Both the position numbers and the translations under genes were made by a program. 64,000 nt of DNA from Candidatus Kerfeldbacteria bacterium RIFCSPLOWO2_02_FULL_42_19 (lineage in GTDB: Bacteria > Patescibacteriota > Patescibacteriia > HO2-48-17): assembly GCA_001818315.1 (NCBI GenBank), contig MHKF01000018.1, positions 325-64,324 on the forward strand. Direction: 5' to 3'. This document shows positions 36,607 to 46,014 of the stretch, piece after piece; position 1 is the first letter of the stretch, and each line of letters opens with the position of its first letter. Under the pieces are notes generated by a model. That model did not search any database and was not told where the DNA came from. It saw nothing but the letters and a program-made list of their open reading frames with translations.

Positions 36607-37239
36607 ATGTATAAGGTTGGAATTTGTGGCGGAAGTTGCGCTGGGAAATTGAAAGTTGTGCACGCTTTGTCTGGATTTTTGGGGCAAGAGTGCTTTGTTA
36701 TTTCGCAAGATCAATACTATCGCGATCTTGCGCATTTGCCTCCTGCGGAGCGTGCAAAGATGAATTTCGATCATCCTAATGCTATTGAATGGCAACTCCT
36801 CCTTTCCGATCTTGCGCAATTGGAGGCTGGGTGTATTGTGCATCCACCGCTTTATGATTTTTCTACGCATAGTCGTAGATCAGTGAGTCAGGAGATCACA
36901 CCGCGGCCGATTCTTTTGCTGGAAGGGCATTTACTATTTACCAGCCCTATCTTCGCACATTTGGATTTGAAGATTTTCGTCTACGCACCTGCTGCTGTTC
37001 GATTGCAACGCAGACTTGCTCGTGATATTCAGGAACGCGGTCGGACAGCAGAAAGTATCAAAAAGCAGTGGAATATGACGGTACTTCCGATGCATCAGAA
37101 GTTTGTGGAACCGTATATGATGACCGCTGATTTTATTATTCCTAACATCGGGGATTTTAATTCTGCTCCGTTATGTCTCCTTGCTGATGGCATGAAGCAG
37201 TCTTTGCATCGTGTACCTCCTGAGCTTGTGATGCTTTGA
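36607..37239 (+). CDS. udk: Uridine kinase-like protein with an atypical Walker A
   Basis: QDQYYRD, NFDHP, YDFSTHSR, RRLARDIQERGR, PMHQKFVEP; P-loop GGSCAGKL. Confidence 0.85.
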   Translation: MYKVGICGGSCAGKLKVVHALSGFLGQECFVISQDQYYRDLAHLPPAERAKMNFDHPNAIEWQLLLSDLAQLEAGCIVHPPLYDFSTHSRRSVSQEITPRPILLLEGHLLFTSPIFAHLDLKIFVYAPAAVRLQRRLARDIQERGRTAESIKKQWNMTVLPMHQKFVEPYMMTADFIIPNIGDFNSAPLCLLADGMKQSLHRVPPELVML

Positions 37240-37262
37240 GTTTTTTTCAGTTCTCTTTTGTG

Positions 37263-37299
37263 AGTTCCAAGTCTTGCGGTTATGACATGACTTGGAACT
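37263..37299 (+). terminator. Hairpin downstream of udk
   Basis: AGTTCCAAGTC...GACTTGGAACT followed by a T-rich tract. Confidence 0.55.
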
Positions 37300-37310
37300 T
37301 GTTGTTTTTA

Positions 37311-37364
37311 GGGTCTGTCGCTGAATGCGATTTCGTAGGCGAAAGCGTATTCAGCGACAGACCC
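37311..37364. repeat. Minimal 54-bp palindromic copy of the MITE-like family
   Basis: GGGTCTGTCGCTGAAT...ATTCAGCGACAGACCC. Confidence 0.88.
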
Positions 37365-37482
37365 TAAAATTTTTGACAGCTTTTTGACCTTTTGCTATGG
37401 TAGTGCGTTCAGCGTGCTGGTTTTTACCTTTTTGTTGGGTAAACACGTTGAATATTTGACAATCTAACAATGGAGAGGTCAC

Positions 37483-38268
37483 ATGACAGAACAGGTTCAG
37501 TGTCCATCAAGACCGCTCTTTGTGCATGTCACACTTTCGTGGCTTGCGACACTCAGTGTCGCGGATTTGAGGAAAGCCGTGTACATGCACAATGGCGATC
37601 GCGCAGTCGTCATTCGCATCGGGAGTCTCAGTGGACGCGTAGGAGCGTTCATGCTCTACGATCACCGCGCTTTCAGCGTTACGACGGTTCGCATGTCGTG
37701 TCACGATTTGGAATGGCAGCGCAGTGTTCTCGTCGCTCTCGGACAGCCAGCGTTGGCTACTTGGAAGCAAACGCAGCACGGCATCGTGATCCAGTTGAAT
37801 TTTCCTGGCGAAACCCTCGCTCAGTATTCCGTGCCAGCAATCTGCCTTTCGGTTTATTGGCTTCCAAAGGGTGCGGTACAGCACAATGAAGCGCTCTGGC
37901 ACTGGAGTACGCTCGGCAGCGGAGTGATTCCGTCAGAGTTTCGTCTGTTTCTCACAGACGATCAACACACCGTGATTGGCCGCGGGCAGGAATACTCCTT
38001 CGAGGCATCAGATCGGGTGCGGCCGGTCTGGAAAGCAGACAAACGTCGCAGGAAGCATGTGGTGCCTGGACCCGCGTTTCAAAAGTCGAAGTCCGAGTCT
38101 GTAGCGCTCGTTCCCATCGTCGAAACGACCCCAGTAGTTCCACTGAGTAACGATCTTCCGAATTCCAGATCTTCAACTCCAGAATTAGCTTCCTGTATTG
38201 CACTGGAGCGGGTTCTCCCCTCGGTTGAGGCACTCCTTCCATGGCGACCAGAACAGCCAGCAGACTGA
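37483..38268 (+). CDS. Hypothetical protein (more GC-rich orphan)
   Basis: 261 aa ORF with a GGAGAGG SD. Confidence 0.6.
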   Translation: MTEQVQCPSRPLFVHVTLSWLATLSVADLRKAVYMHNGDRAVVIRIGSLSGRVGAFMLYDHRAFSVTTVRMSCHDLEWQRSVLVALGQPALATWKQTQHGIVIQLNFPGETLAQYSVPAICLSVYWLPKGAVQHNEALWHWSTLGSGVIPSEFRLFLTDDQHTVIGRGQEYSFEASDRVRPVWKADKRRRKHVVPGPAFQKSKSESVALVPIVETTPVVPLSNDLPNSRSSTPELASCIALERVLPSVEALLPWRPEQPAD

Positions 38269-38483
38269 TCGCTGTCGCCCTTTCGTTCCTTCCATGTTTT
38301 TTTCTCACCTTCAATCTCGATTTTGCCAAACTTGTTTTTGACATTGCTCCTTCCTTTCTCATGATTTTCTTCCTCTTCCTTTGTGCGGCCCTGCATTGTG
38401 CGGGGTCGTTTCTTTTCCAGCGTACGCAAGTTGTGCTATAAAAGAAAAGGCTGTCTAAAAGCCTCATATTTTATATTTTTCTC

Positions 38484-39608
38484 ATGAAATTTGGTCACAA
38501 GAAAAAAGTTATTGTTGCCATGTCCGGAGGCGTGGATTCGTCTGTGGCGGCTTTGCTTTTGCAGCAACAAGGGTATGATGTGACGGGAGTGTTTATGAAA
38601 AATTGGTCCGGTACTTCCCTCGGTCTCACAGGAGTTGCCGCGCGTCAGTGGGAAAATCAGTGTCCTTGGGAGCGCGATGCGTATGATGTACGTCGGGTTT
38701 GTCAACGTTTACATATCCCGTACTACACTTTTAATTTTGAAAAAGAATACAAAGATGCGGTACTTGATTATTTTTTTCGGGAATACCGCGCTGGTCGTAC
38801 CCCGAATCCTGATATTATGTGCAATAAGGAAATCAAGTTTAAGGTATTTTTAGAAAAAGCATTGTCCCTCGGTGTCGATGCTATTGCTACAGGGCACTAT
38901 GCGCGTTGTGTTGTGCGTGAGTCAAAGTTCGAAGTGCATATTCCGCATGATCGCGCGAAAGATCAAACTTACTTTTTGTATACCCTGACGCAAGCACAAC
39001 TTGCGCATACTCTGTTTCCGCTTGCGGATTACACAAAATCGGAAGTACGTGCGCTTGCGCGGCAGACGAATCTTCCGACGCATAATAAACCAGACAGTCA
39101 GGGGATTTGCTTTGTGGGGGAAGTTGATATACGCAAGTTTCTTGAAACGACGATTGCACGAACTCCGGGCGCGATTGTGAGTGTTGATAATGAAGTGATC
39201 GGAGTACATCAAGGTCTCGCGTTTTATACGATTGGTCAGCGTGAAGGTTTGAATATTGATCGCGGTGGACCGTGGTATGTTGTGGATAAACGAGTTGATC
39301 GTAATAAACTCATTGTAGCGTGTGGTGCTCATCATAAGGCGCTTTTTTCGCACGGACTTCTTGCAACTCAAGCGCATTGGATTTCCCTTGAGCCCACGCA
39401 ATTTCCTTTGCATTGTCTTGCGAGGATACGATATCGTCAGACTCTTGAATTAGCGACGGTGCAGAAATCAAAAGAGTCTGAAGAGCCTTCGCGTCTTGAC
39501 GTACAATTTTCCACGCCACAACGTGCGATTACCCCCGGTCAATCCATTGTTTTTTATGACGGTGATCACATGCTCGGTGGAGCAGTCATAGAGCAATCTC
39601 TTCACTGA
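38484..39608 (+). CDS. mnmA: tRNA 2-thiouridylase MnmA
   Basis: AMSGGVDSS, TPNPDIMCN, ATGHYA, KDQTYFL, DSQGICF, TPGQ. Confidence 0.97.
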   Translation: MKFGHKKKVIVAMSGGVDSSVAALLLQQQGYDVTGVFMKNWSGTSLGLTGVAARQWENQCPWERDAYDVRRVCQRLHIPYYTFNFEKEYKDAVLDYFFREYRAGRTPNPDIMCNKEIKFKVFLEKALSLGVDAIATGHYARCVVRESKFEVHIPHDRAKDQTYFLYTLTQAQLAHTLFPLADYTKSEVRALARQTNLPTHNKPDSQGICFVGEVDIRKFLETTIARTPGAIVSVDNEVIGVHQGLAFYTIGQREGLNIDRGGPWYVVDKRVDRNKLIVACGAHHKALFSHGLLATQAHWISLEPTQFPLHCLARIRYRQTLELATVQKSKESEEPSRLDVQFSTPQRAITPGQSIVFYDGDHMLGGAVIEQSLH

Positions 39609-39609
39609 C

Positions 39610-39665
39610 GGGTTTGTCGCCGAATACCATTTCTGCTGCAATTGCAGCATTTCGTCCAGAATCGC
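39610..39665. repeat. Solo left end of the MITE-like family
   Basis: GGGTTTGTCGCCGAATACCATTTCTGCTGCAAT, about 55 bp similar to the 42099 copy. Confidence 0.8.
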
Positions 39666-40095
39666 TCTCTCCAACAACTTTGAGTTTGATGCGCGTGATT
39701 ATTTCCATGTGCATCGCCTGAAGGTTTTTTTCTTGGATCGGGCATTCTACGCTGGTACCTTCGCGAAACGACCTCTTGGTGTTGGGCCGCTGATAGGCGT
39801 CAATCACACGTTCGGCGCATTTCCTGTAGGAATTGCATTCGCTGGACCTCTCTACCGCTGGACAGATAGTACCTTTGGTTTCTTTGAACTGTCGCTTATA
39901 ATTCGGTTTTGAGCTATTATTAAAGCACAAGACCTAAATGCAAGCATTGCTTTATAAGTAAAAGCGTTTCTTGGGGTGCTACGAGTTGCAAGTACGAAAC
40001 TTGTGCCGTAGTATCCCATTTTTTTATTCAGCATTTTGTCAATTTCTGTATTGCTTCACTTTGCCAAGAATTTTTTTTTCGCTATACTCAGTTCT

Positions 40096-41949
40096 ATGCA
40101 TACTCATGAAATACGTCGAAAATACCTTGCGTTTTTTCAGAAGCAGGGTCACGCGATTATTCCTTCGGCGCCCCTTATTCCTGAGCATGATCCGACAACG
40201 TTATTTACGGGTTCTGGAATGCAGCCGATTTTGCCGTATTTATTAGGTGCACCGCATCCCGAAGGCACGCGACTTACGAATTCCCAGAAGTGTTTTCGCG
40301 CTGAAGATATTCCAGAAGTAGGTGACAATCGTCACACGACATTTTTTGAAATGCTTGGTAATTGGTCACTCGGCGATTATTTTCAAAAGGAACAGATCAC
40401 TTGGATTTTCACATTTCTTACGCAAGAAATCGGGCTTGATCCGAAACGTTTATACGTGTCGGTTTTTCGTGGAAAAGAAACGATTGGCGTGTCACGAGAT
40501 GACGTTTCAATACAATTATGGCAGGAACAGTTTCGCCGCGTTGGTACCAGGGCAAAAGCAGTAGATGATTCATGGCACAAAGGATTACAAGGCGGGCACA
40601 TTTTTTACTATGACGAGAAAAAAAATTGGTGGTCGCGTTCAGGAGTGCCGGAAAAAATGCCTGTTGGTGAGCCGGGAGGGCCGGATTCCGAAATGTTTTG
40701 GGATTTTGGTGCCGAGTGGCAATTGCATGAAAATTCAATTTTTAAAGATCAGGTGTGCCACGTGAATTGTGATTGCGGTCGATTTATGGAGATCGGCAAC
40801 AATGTTTTTATGACGTATCTCCGAACTCGGGATGGATTTACGCCGCTGCCGAAGAAAAATGTGGATTTCGGCGGAGGCTTGGAGCGCATAGCTGCTGCTG
40901 TCAATAATAATCCTGATATCTTTCGCATTGATATTTTTTCCGAGGCTCGTAATACTCTTGAACAATTGTCAGGTATTTCGTACGGTTCAGCAACTCAAGC
41001 GACTAAAGTCTTCCGAATTATTCTCGATCACATACGCGCTGCAACTTTCCTGATAGCTGACGGCGTGTACCCTTCCAATAAAGATCAAGGTTATTTTGTG
41101 CGGCGACTGCTTCGTCGCGCTTTGCAGTATGCTTCTCAAATTCACATTGAAAAGCAATGTGCTGCCCTGCTTGTAGAAAATTTTATTGCATTGTATGAAC
41201 GAGTTTACCCAGAGCTTGTCCGAAACAAAACAAGAATCGTTCAAGAAATTGTTCAAGAGGAAGAAAAATTTCGTAAGACACTTACGCGCGGACTCAAAGT
41301 TTTTTCACAGATTCGAGACAACGGCAAAATTTCTGGTGAACAGGCGTTCGATTTATTTACTACGTATGGATTTCCGTTTGAGATGACACAGGAACTTGCT
41401 CAAGCAGCAGGTATTGTTGTGGATACCCAAGGTTTTCATGAAGCCATGCAGAAGCATCAGGAGCTTTCGCGCACAGGCGCTTCGCAAAAATTTTCTGGAG
41501 GGCTTGCTGATCATTCTCAGTTCACAGTTCGAGGACACACCGCAACGCATTTACTCCATCAAGCTTTGCGAAAAGTCTTAGGTCCACATGTTGTGCAAAA
41601 AGGGAGTAATATTACGCCGCAGCGCATCCGATTCGATTTTTCGCATCCTACAAAACTTTCAGATTCAGAGTTGCAAGCTGTCGAGCGTATAGTGAATGAA
41701 GAAATTCGTCGGGATTTACCTGTGAGTTTTGAAGTTTTGAGTGTTGCAGAAGCAAAAAAGAAGGGTGCTATGGGTGTTTTTGATGAGCGTTACGGTAGTA
41801 AAGTGAAGGTCTATCGCATCGGTGATTTTTCGTACGAAATTTGTGGAGGACCGCATGTCGCTCATACTACTGAAGTAGGGAAGTTTCGGATCGTGAAAGA
41901 AGAAGCGTGTTCCGCCGGAGTACGGCGCATCAAAGCAGTTTTGACTTGA
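40096..41949 (+). CDS. alaS: Alanine--tRNA ligase, short form without C-Ala
   Basis: GSGMQP, HTTFFEMLGN, DFGGGLER, DHIR, HTATHLL, CGGPH, AGVRRI end. Confidence 0.96.
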   Translation: MHTHEIRRKYLAFFQKQGHAIIPSAPLIPEHDPTTLFTGSGMQPILPYLLGAPHPEGTRLTNSQKCFRAEDIPEVGDNRHTTFFEMLGNWSLGDYFQKEQITWIFTFLTQEIGLDPKRLYVSVFRGKETIGVSRDDVSIQLWQEQFRRVGTRAKAVDDSWHKGLQGGHIFYYDEKKNWWSRSGVPEKMPVGEPGGPDSEMFWDFGAEWQLHENSIFKDQVCHVNCDCGRFMEIGNNVFMTYLRTRDGFTPLPKKNVDFGGGLERIAAAVNNNPDIFRIDIFSEARNTLEQLSGISYGSATQATKVFRIILDHIRAATFLIADGVYPSNKDQGYFVRRLLRRALQYASQIHIEKQCAALLVENFIALYERVYPELVRNKTRIVQEIVQEEEKFRKTLTRGLKVFSQIRDNGKISGEQAFDLFTTYGFPFEMTQELAQAAGIVVDTQGFHEAMQKHQELSRTGASQKFSGGLADHSQFTVRGHTATHLLHQALRKVLGPHVVQKGSNITPQRIRFDFSHPTKLSDSELQAVERIVNEEIRRDLPVSFEVLSVAEAKKKGAMGVFDERYGSKVKVYRIGDFSYEICGGPHVAHTTEVGKFRIVKEEACSAGVRRIKAVLT

Positions 41950-42098
41950 CGAAATTTCCACGATCATTATAATGTGATTATAGATTCAGCACTTCACGAA
42001 TTTGTGTTTGTCCTCATGAGAACGGTTTTATAAGGCAGTCTTTGTATCTTCCTTATCTGCCGTGGTTCCGTGAGGTTCCAAAGGCATTTTTATTTATC

Positions 42099-42260
42099 GG
42101 GTCTGTCGCCGAATACCATTTCTGCTGCAATCGTAGAATTTCGGTCAGCATCGTTTCAAAATTTTTCGGCTTATATTCCATATAAACCTCAAAATTTATT
42201 CAGCGATTCTGTCACGAAATTCTACGATTTCGTGACGAAAGCGTATTCGGCGACAGACCC
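42099..42260. repeat. Palindromic MITE-like element, core-less, perfect 18-bp terminal IR
   Basis: GGGTCTGTCGCCGAATAC / GTATTCGGCGACAGACCC. Confidence 0.9.
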
Positions 42261-42292
42261 TCATCGTGATTGTTATAGAGATAAACTTTTTT

Positions 42293-42658
42293 GTGCAGCT
42301 TCAGTCCTCTCGTAAAGAAGAGCGCCAATCGCAGACAGAGCAACCTCCTGCTCCGTTAAGAGCTTCAGATGCGCCGTCTTCGTCTTCTTCTTCGCGCATT
42401 ACTTCCGGTATTCAGTCTTCTCAGTCTTCCGCGCGTATTAAGACGAACAAAAGAGGTTTCTTAGAGACGGAAGGTACCGTAGAAGAATTACTTCCGAATG
42501 CCCATTTTATTGTACTCCTCGAGAACGGGCATAAGATTCGTGCTCATCTTTCTGGTAAAATGCGAATGTATAAAATTCGTATTCTTCCAGGTGATCGTGT
42601 CACTATTGAAATGACTCCCTATGACCTCACGAAGGGAAGAGTTATTTATCGACATTGA
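42293..42658 (+). CDS. infA: Translation initiation factor IF-1 with a Ser-rich N-terminal extension (start uncertain)
   Basis: [30 protein letters not shown]. Confidence 0.93.
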   Translation: MQLQSSRKEERQSQTEQPPAPLRASDAPSSSSSSRITSGIQSSQSSARIKTNKRGFLETEGTVEELLPNAHFIVLLENGHKIRAHLSGKMRMYKIRILPGDRVTIEMTPYDLTKGRVIYRH

Positions 42659-42664
42659 TTGTAT

Positions 42665-42778
42665 ATGAAGGTTCGTGCTTCTGTGAAAAAAATTTGTGAT
42701 AAATGTAAAGTCGTGCGCCGTAAAGGACGCGTTCGCATTATTTGTGCGAATCCAAAACATAAGCAACGTCAAGGTTAA
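42665..42778 (+). CDS. rpmJ: 50S ribosomal protein L36
   Basis: [37 protein letters not shown] (below the ORF-track cutoff). Confidence 0.98.
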   Translation: MKVRASVKKICDKCKVVRRKGRVRIICANPKHKQRQG

Positions 42779-42783
42779 TTTCT

Positions 42784-43173
42784 ATGGCTCGCATCGCTGG
42801 TGTTACATTACCAAAAGAGAAGCGCATTGAGATTGCTCTCATGTATATCTTTGGTATTGGACCAACACTCTCAAAGAATATTTTGCGACAGACAGGCGTG
42901 CATCCCGATAAACGAACAAAGGATCTTACTTTGGAGGAAGTGAATACGTTGCGAGAAGCTATTGAAAAAGGTGAGTACACGATAGAAGGCGAGTTGCGTC
43001 GTGAAATTTATGGTCATGTCAAGCGACTTCGCGATATCGGTAGTTATCGCGGTATGCGTCATGCCAAGCGTTTACCAGTACGCGGTCAACGAACTCGAAC
43101 GAATTCTCGGACTATACGAGGAAATGTGCGACGTACGACGCTCAGCGGTCGACGTACGTTAGAAAAGACATAA
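42784..43173 (+). CDS. rpsM: 30S ribosomal protein S13
   Basis: [18 protein letters not shown]. Confidence 0.98.
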   Translation: MARIAGVTLPKEKRIEIALMYIFGIGPTLSKNILRQTGVHPDKRTKDLTLEEVNTLREAIEKGEYTIEGELRREIYGHVKRLRDIGSYRGMRHAKRLPVRGQRTRTNSRTIRGNVRRTTLSGRRTLEKT

Positions 43174-43189
43174 GATTATATATTGATAT

Positions 43190-43663
43190 ATGGAACAAAT
43201 TGCTTCAAAGCAAATCTCTTCTTCAACTTCAACCGCTACTCCGTCAGGTACAGTAACATCTGATCACGCTGTTTCGGAGCAGATAGTTGTCAGTCGTAGT
43301 AAGAAAAAACGGCGTGTTGTGACTCGTGGAAAAGTGCATATTCATTCTACTTACAACAATACTATTTTTACGATCACAGACCTTGCTGGCAATGTTATTG
43401 CCTGGTCGAGCGCTGGAAAGGTTGGATTTAGTGGACCAAAAAAATCAACGCCCTATGCCGCTGGGATAGTTGTTCGGAGTACGATTGACAAAGCAAAAGA
43501 ATACGGACTCAAGGATGTTGTCGTTGAGGTAAAAGGTATTGGTACTGGACGAGATGCGGCAATTCGTGCAGTAGCTGCGCAGGGTTTAAACATTCTGAAT
43601 ATTCGTGATGTGACGCCGATTCCTCATAATGGCTGTAAACGTCCAAAACCTCGTCGGGTATAA
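43190..43663 (+). CDS. rpsK: 30S ribosomal protein S11
   Basis: STYNNT, KKSTPYAA, DVTPIPHNGC. Confidence 0.98.
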   Translation: MEQIASKQISSSTSTATPSGTVTSDHAVSEQIVVSRSKKKRRVVTRGKVHIHSTYNNTIFTITDLAGNVIAWSSAGKVGFSGPKKSTPYAAGIVVRSTIDKAKEYGLKDVVVEVKGIGTGRDAAIRAVAAQGLNILNIRDVTPIPHNGCKRPKPRRV

Positions 43664-43680
43664 TTTTTATTTTTTCTCTC

Positions 43681-44322
43681 ATGTCTCAATATCTCGGAGC
43701 AAAATGTAAACTTTGTAGACGCGCAGGTGCAAAGCTTTTCCTTAAAGGAGAGCGTTGCTTAAGTTCAAAATGCGCTATTGTAAAGCGTAATTATCCTCCT
43801 GGACAACATGGTGGAGAACGTCAAGGTCGTTTATCTGAATATGGTTTACAACTTCGCACAAAGCAGAAATTGAAACAAATGTACGGCTTGCGTGAGGCTC
43901 AGTTTTTAAACACCTTTCAGAAGGCAGAACGTTTGCGCGGTAATACTGCGGCACATCTTATGCGACTTTTAGAACAGCGGTTGGATACGATTGTGCTTCG
44001 CGGGGGATTCGCGAGTTCTCGAGCGCAAGCTCGTCAACTCGTGCAGCACGGACATTTTTTGGTCAATGATAAAAAAGTTAATATTCCATCGTATCAGACG
44101 AAAGTTGGTGACACGATTACTGTGAGTCAAACTAAGACCAACAAAACATTTTGGAAAGATAGAAGCGCACGATCGACGAGTGAAGTACGTGAATTAGAAA
44201 TTCCGCAGTGGCTTTCGAGTGATCTTGCACAAGGTGTTATGAAAATTCTGACCGAACCAGAAACGCAACAACTCGCTGACAATATGAATATTTCGTTGAT
44301 TGTTGAATTTTATTCTAAGTAA
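43681..44322 (+). CDS. rpsD: 30S ribosomal protein S4
   Basis: CKLCRR, SEYGLQL, ARQLVQHGH, IVEFYSK. Confidence 0.98.
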   Translation: MSQYLGAKCKLCRRAGAKLFLKGERCLSSKCAIVKRNYPPGQHGGERQGRLSEYGLQLRTKQKLKQMYGLREAQFLNTFQKAERLRGNTAAHLMRLLEQRLDTIVLRGGFASSRAQARQLVQHGHFLVNDKKVNIPSYQTKVGDTITVSQTKTNKTFWKDRSARSTSEVRELEIPQWLSSDLAQGVMKILTEPETQQLADNMNISLIVEFYSK

Positions 44323-44337
44323 GCCTAAATCATACGT

Positions 44338-45192
44338 ATGAACGAACTTACTTTACCTACACAGTTTCAAATAGAATCGTTGAGCGCTCGCCGAGCGCAT
44401 ATCAGTATTCAGCCATTGCATCCAGGTTTTGGCATTACTTTGGGAAATGCTCTTCGTCGCGTACTTCTTTCTTCACTACCCGGAGGTGCGATTACCGCGA
44501 TTAAAATCAAAGGAGTAAAGCATGAGTTTTCTGTGCTCTCAAATATGAAGGAAGATGTAGTAGATGTGATCCTGAATCTTAAGTCGCTGCGTTTAAAATC
44601 ACTTGCCGATGGCCCAGTGAAGCTTGTATTGGATATGAAGGGTGAAAAAGTTGTCAAAGCAAAAGACATTGAAAAAAATGCGCAAGTGGAAATTCTTGAT
44701 CTGGATCATTATATTGCTACGTTAACAAGTTCGGATGCAGAGTTGAAGATGGAAATGTGGGTGGAAAACGGGCGTGGATATGATCCAGTAGAAGGGCGTG
44801 TTTCTGATCGTACTGAGGTCGGTGTGATTGAAATTGATGCACTGTTTTCTCCTGTGCGATTGACAAATTTTACCGTAGAAAATATGCGCGTTGGACAATT
44901 GACGAATTATAATAAATTGATGGTAGATATTGAAACCGATGGCTCTGTTACTCCACTGGAAACATTTCAATCCGCTGCGAAAATTCTTGTGACTCATTTT
45001 CAATTATTCATGGACGTACCAGGTCTTTCTGTTCAGACTTCACCTGTTCAAACTCCACCGGTTGCCGAGATTGACTCGATTCCTGCTGTTTCCGATGAAT
45101 CTCATGAATCAGTATCGGAGTTAAAGAGTACGAAACTTTTCAAAAAGAGCAAAGCAGGCGGCAAAGCGTCTCGTAAAAAGAAATCTGAATAA
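44338..45192 (+). CDS. rpoA: RNA polymerase alpha subunit, no recognisable CTD
   Basis: GITLGNALRRVLLSS, DALFSPV, IETDGS. Confidence 0.97.
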   Translation: MNELTLPTQFQIESLSARRAHISIQPLHPGFGITLGNALRRVLLSSLPGGAITAIKIKGVKHEFSVLSNMKEDVVDVILNLKSLRLKSLADGPVKLVLDMKGEKVVKAKDIEKNAQVEILDLDHYIATLTSSDAELKMEMWVENGRGYDPVEGRVSDRTEVGVIEIDALFSPVRLTNFTVENMRVGQLTNYNKLMVDIETDGSVTPLETFQSAAKILVTHFQLFMDVPGLSVQTSPVQTPPVAEIDSIPAVSDESHESVSELKSTKLFKKSKAGGKASRKKKSE

Positions 45193-45200
45193 TTTTTTCC

Positions 45201-45566
45201 ATGCGTCATCGTAAACGAGGTAAAATTTTAGATCGCGCTCAAAGCAGTCGCAAAGCACTCTTACGTCAGATGATTGTCAGCTTTATCTTGCATGGCCGTA
45301 TGCAAACAACTCTTGCGAAAGCAAAGGTCGTGCAGCAAGCAGTTGAACCGCTTGTGACGATGGCGCGTCGCAATACTCTTGCTGTTCGGCGGACATTACT
45401 TAAATTGTGTGGGACAAGTTCGGATGCACAACAAGCAGTGCGTCTCTTACTTGAAAAGTTTGGACCAAAATATGCTCAGCGTAAGGGTGGCTATACTCGT
45501 CTTGTGAAAGGAAAAGTACGTCTCGGCGATGGAGCGCAACGTGTTTTTCTCGAATTTATTGAATGA
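45201..45566 (+). CDS. rplQ: 50S ribosomal protein L17
   Basis: MRHRK, TTLAKAK, RKGGYTR. Confidence 0.97.
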   Translation: MRHRKRGKILDRAQSSRKALLRQMIVSFILHGRMQTTLAKAKVVQQAVEPLVTMARRNTLAVRRTLLKLCGTSSDAQQAVRLLLEKFGPKYAQRKGGYTRLVKGKVRLGDGAQRVFLEFIE

Positions 45567-45573
45567 TATTTTT

Positions 45574-46005
45574 ATGGTTATTACTCTACCATCGTCTTCA
45601 CAAACTATACATTCTCAGCCGAAATTGGCGATTTCCCAGCAATCTCCCGTACGACTTGTACGTCATACACATCTTCTCGATGCTACTGGTGTTTCCGTCG
45701 GGCGTTTCGCAAGTCACATTGCGCAGCTTCTTATGGGAAAGCATAAAACATCATGGCGTAGTTATAAAGATGTTGGAGATATTGTACATGTGAAAAATGT
45801 ACAGCATTTGAAACTTACAGGAAAAAAACTCACCAATAAAGTTTATGTTCGATATTCCGGATATCCTGGTGGATTAAAAAGTATAAAGTCTTCGGAATTA
45901 CTTGCGCAGAATCCACAGAAACTTTTACGTCTTGCGGTGTACAATATGTTGCCAAAGAACTTTCAGCGAGACCGACTTATGAAACGTTTGCGTTTTCATT
46001 CATAA
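45574..46005 (+). CDS. rplM: 50S ribosomal protein L13
   Basis: GRFAS, LMGKHK, YSGYPGGLK, MLPKN. Confidence 0.96.
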   Translation: MVITLPSSSQTIHSQPKLAISQQSPVRLVRHTHLLDATGVSVGRFASHIAQLLMGKHKTSWRSYKDVGDIVHVKNVQHLKLTGKKLTNKVYVRYSGYPGGLKSIKSSELLAQNPQKLLRLAVYNMLPKNFQRDRLMKRLRFHS

Positions 46006-46014
46006 TTTATCTTC

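Noticed and set aside
38241-38441. 66-aa hydrophobic ORF
   Set aside because: Could be a small membrane protein, but it overlaps the upstream gene and has no supporting signal
39666-40034. Gene between mnmA and alaS
   Set aside because: Several short competing ORFs on both strands, none with a recognisable motif; left uncalled
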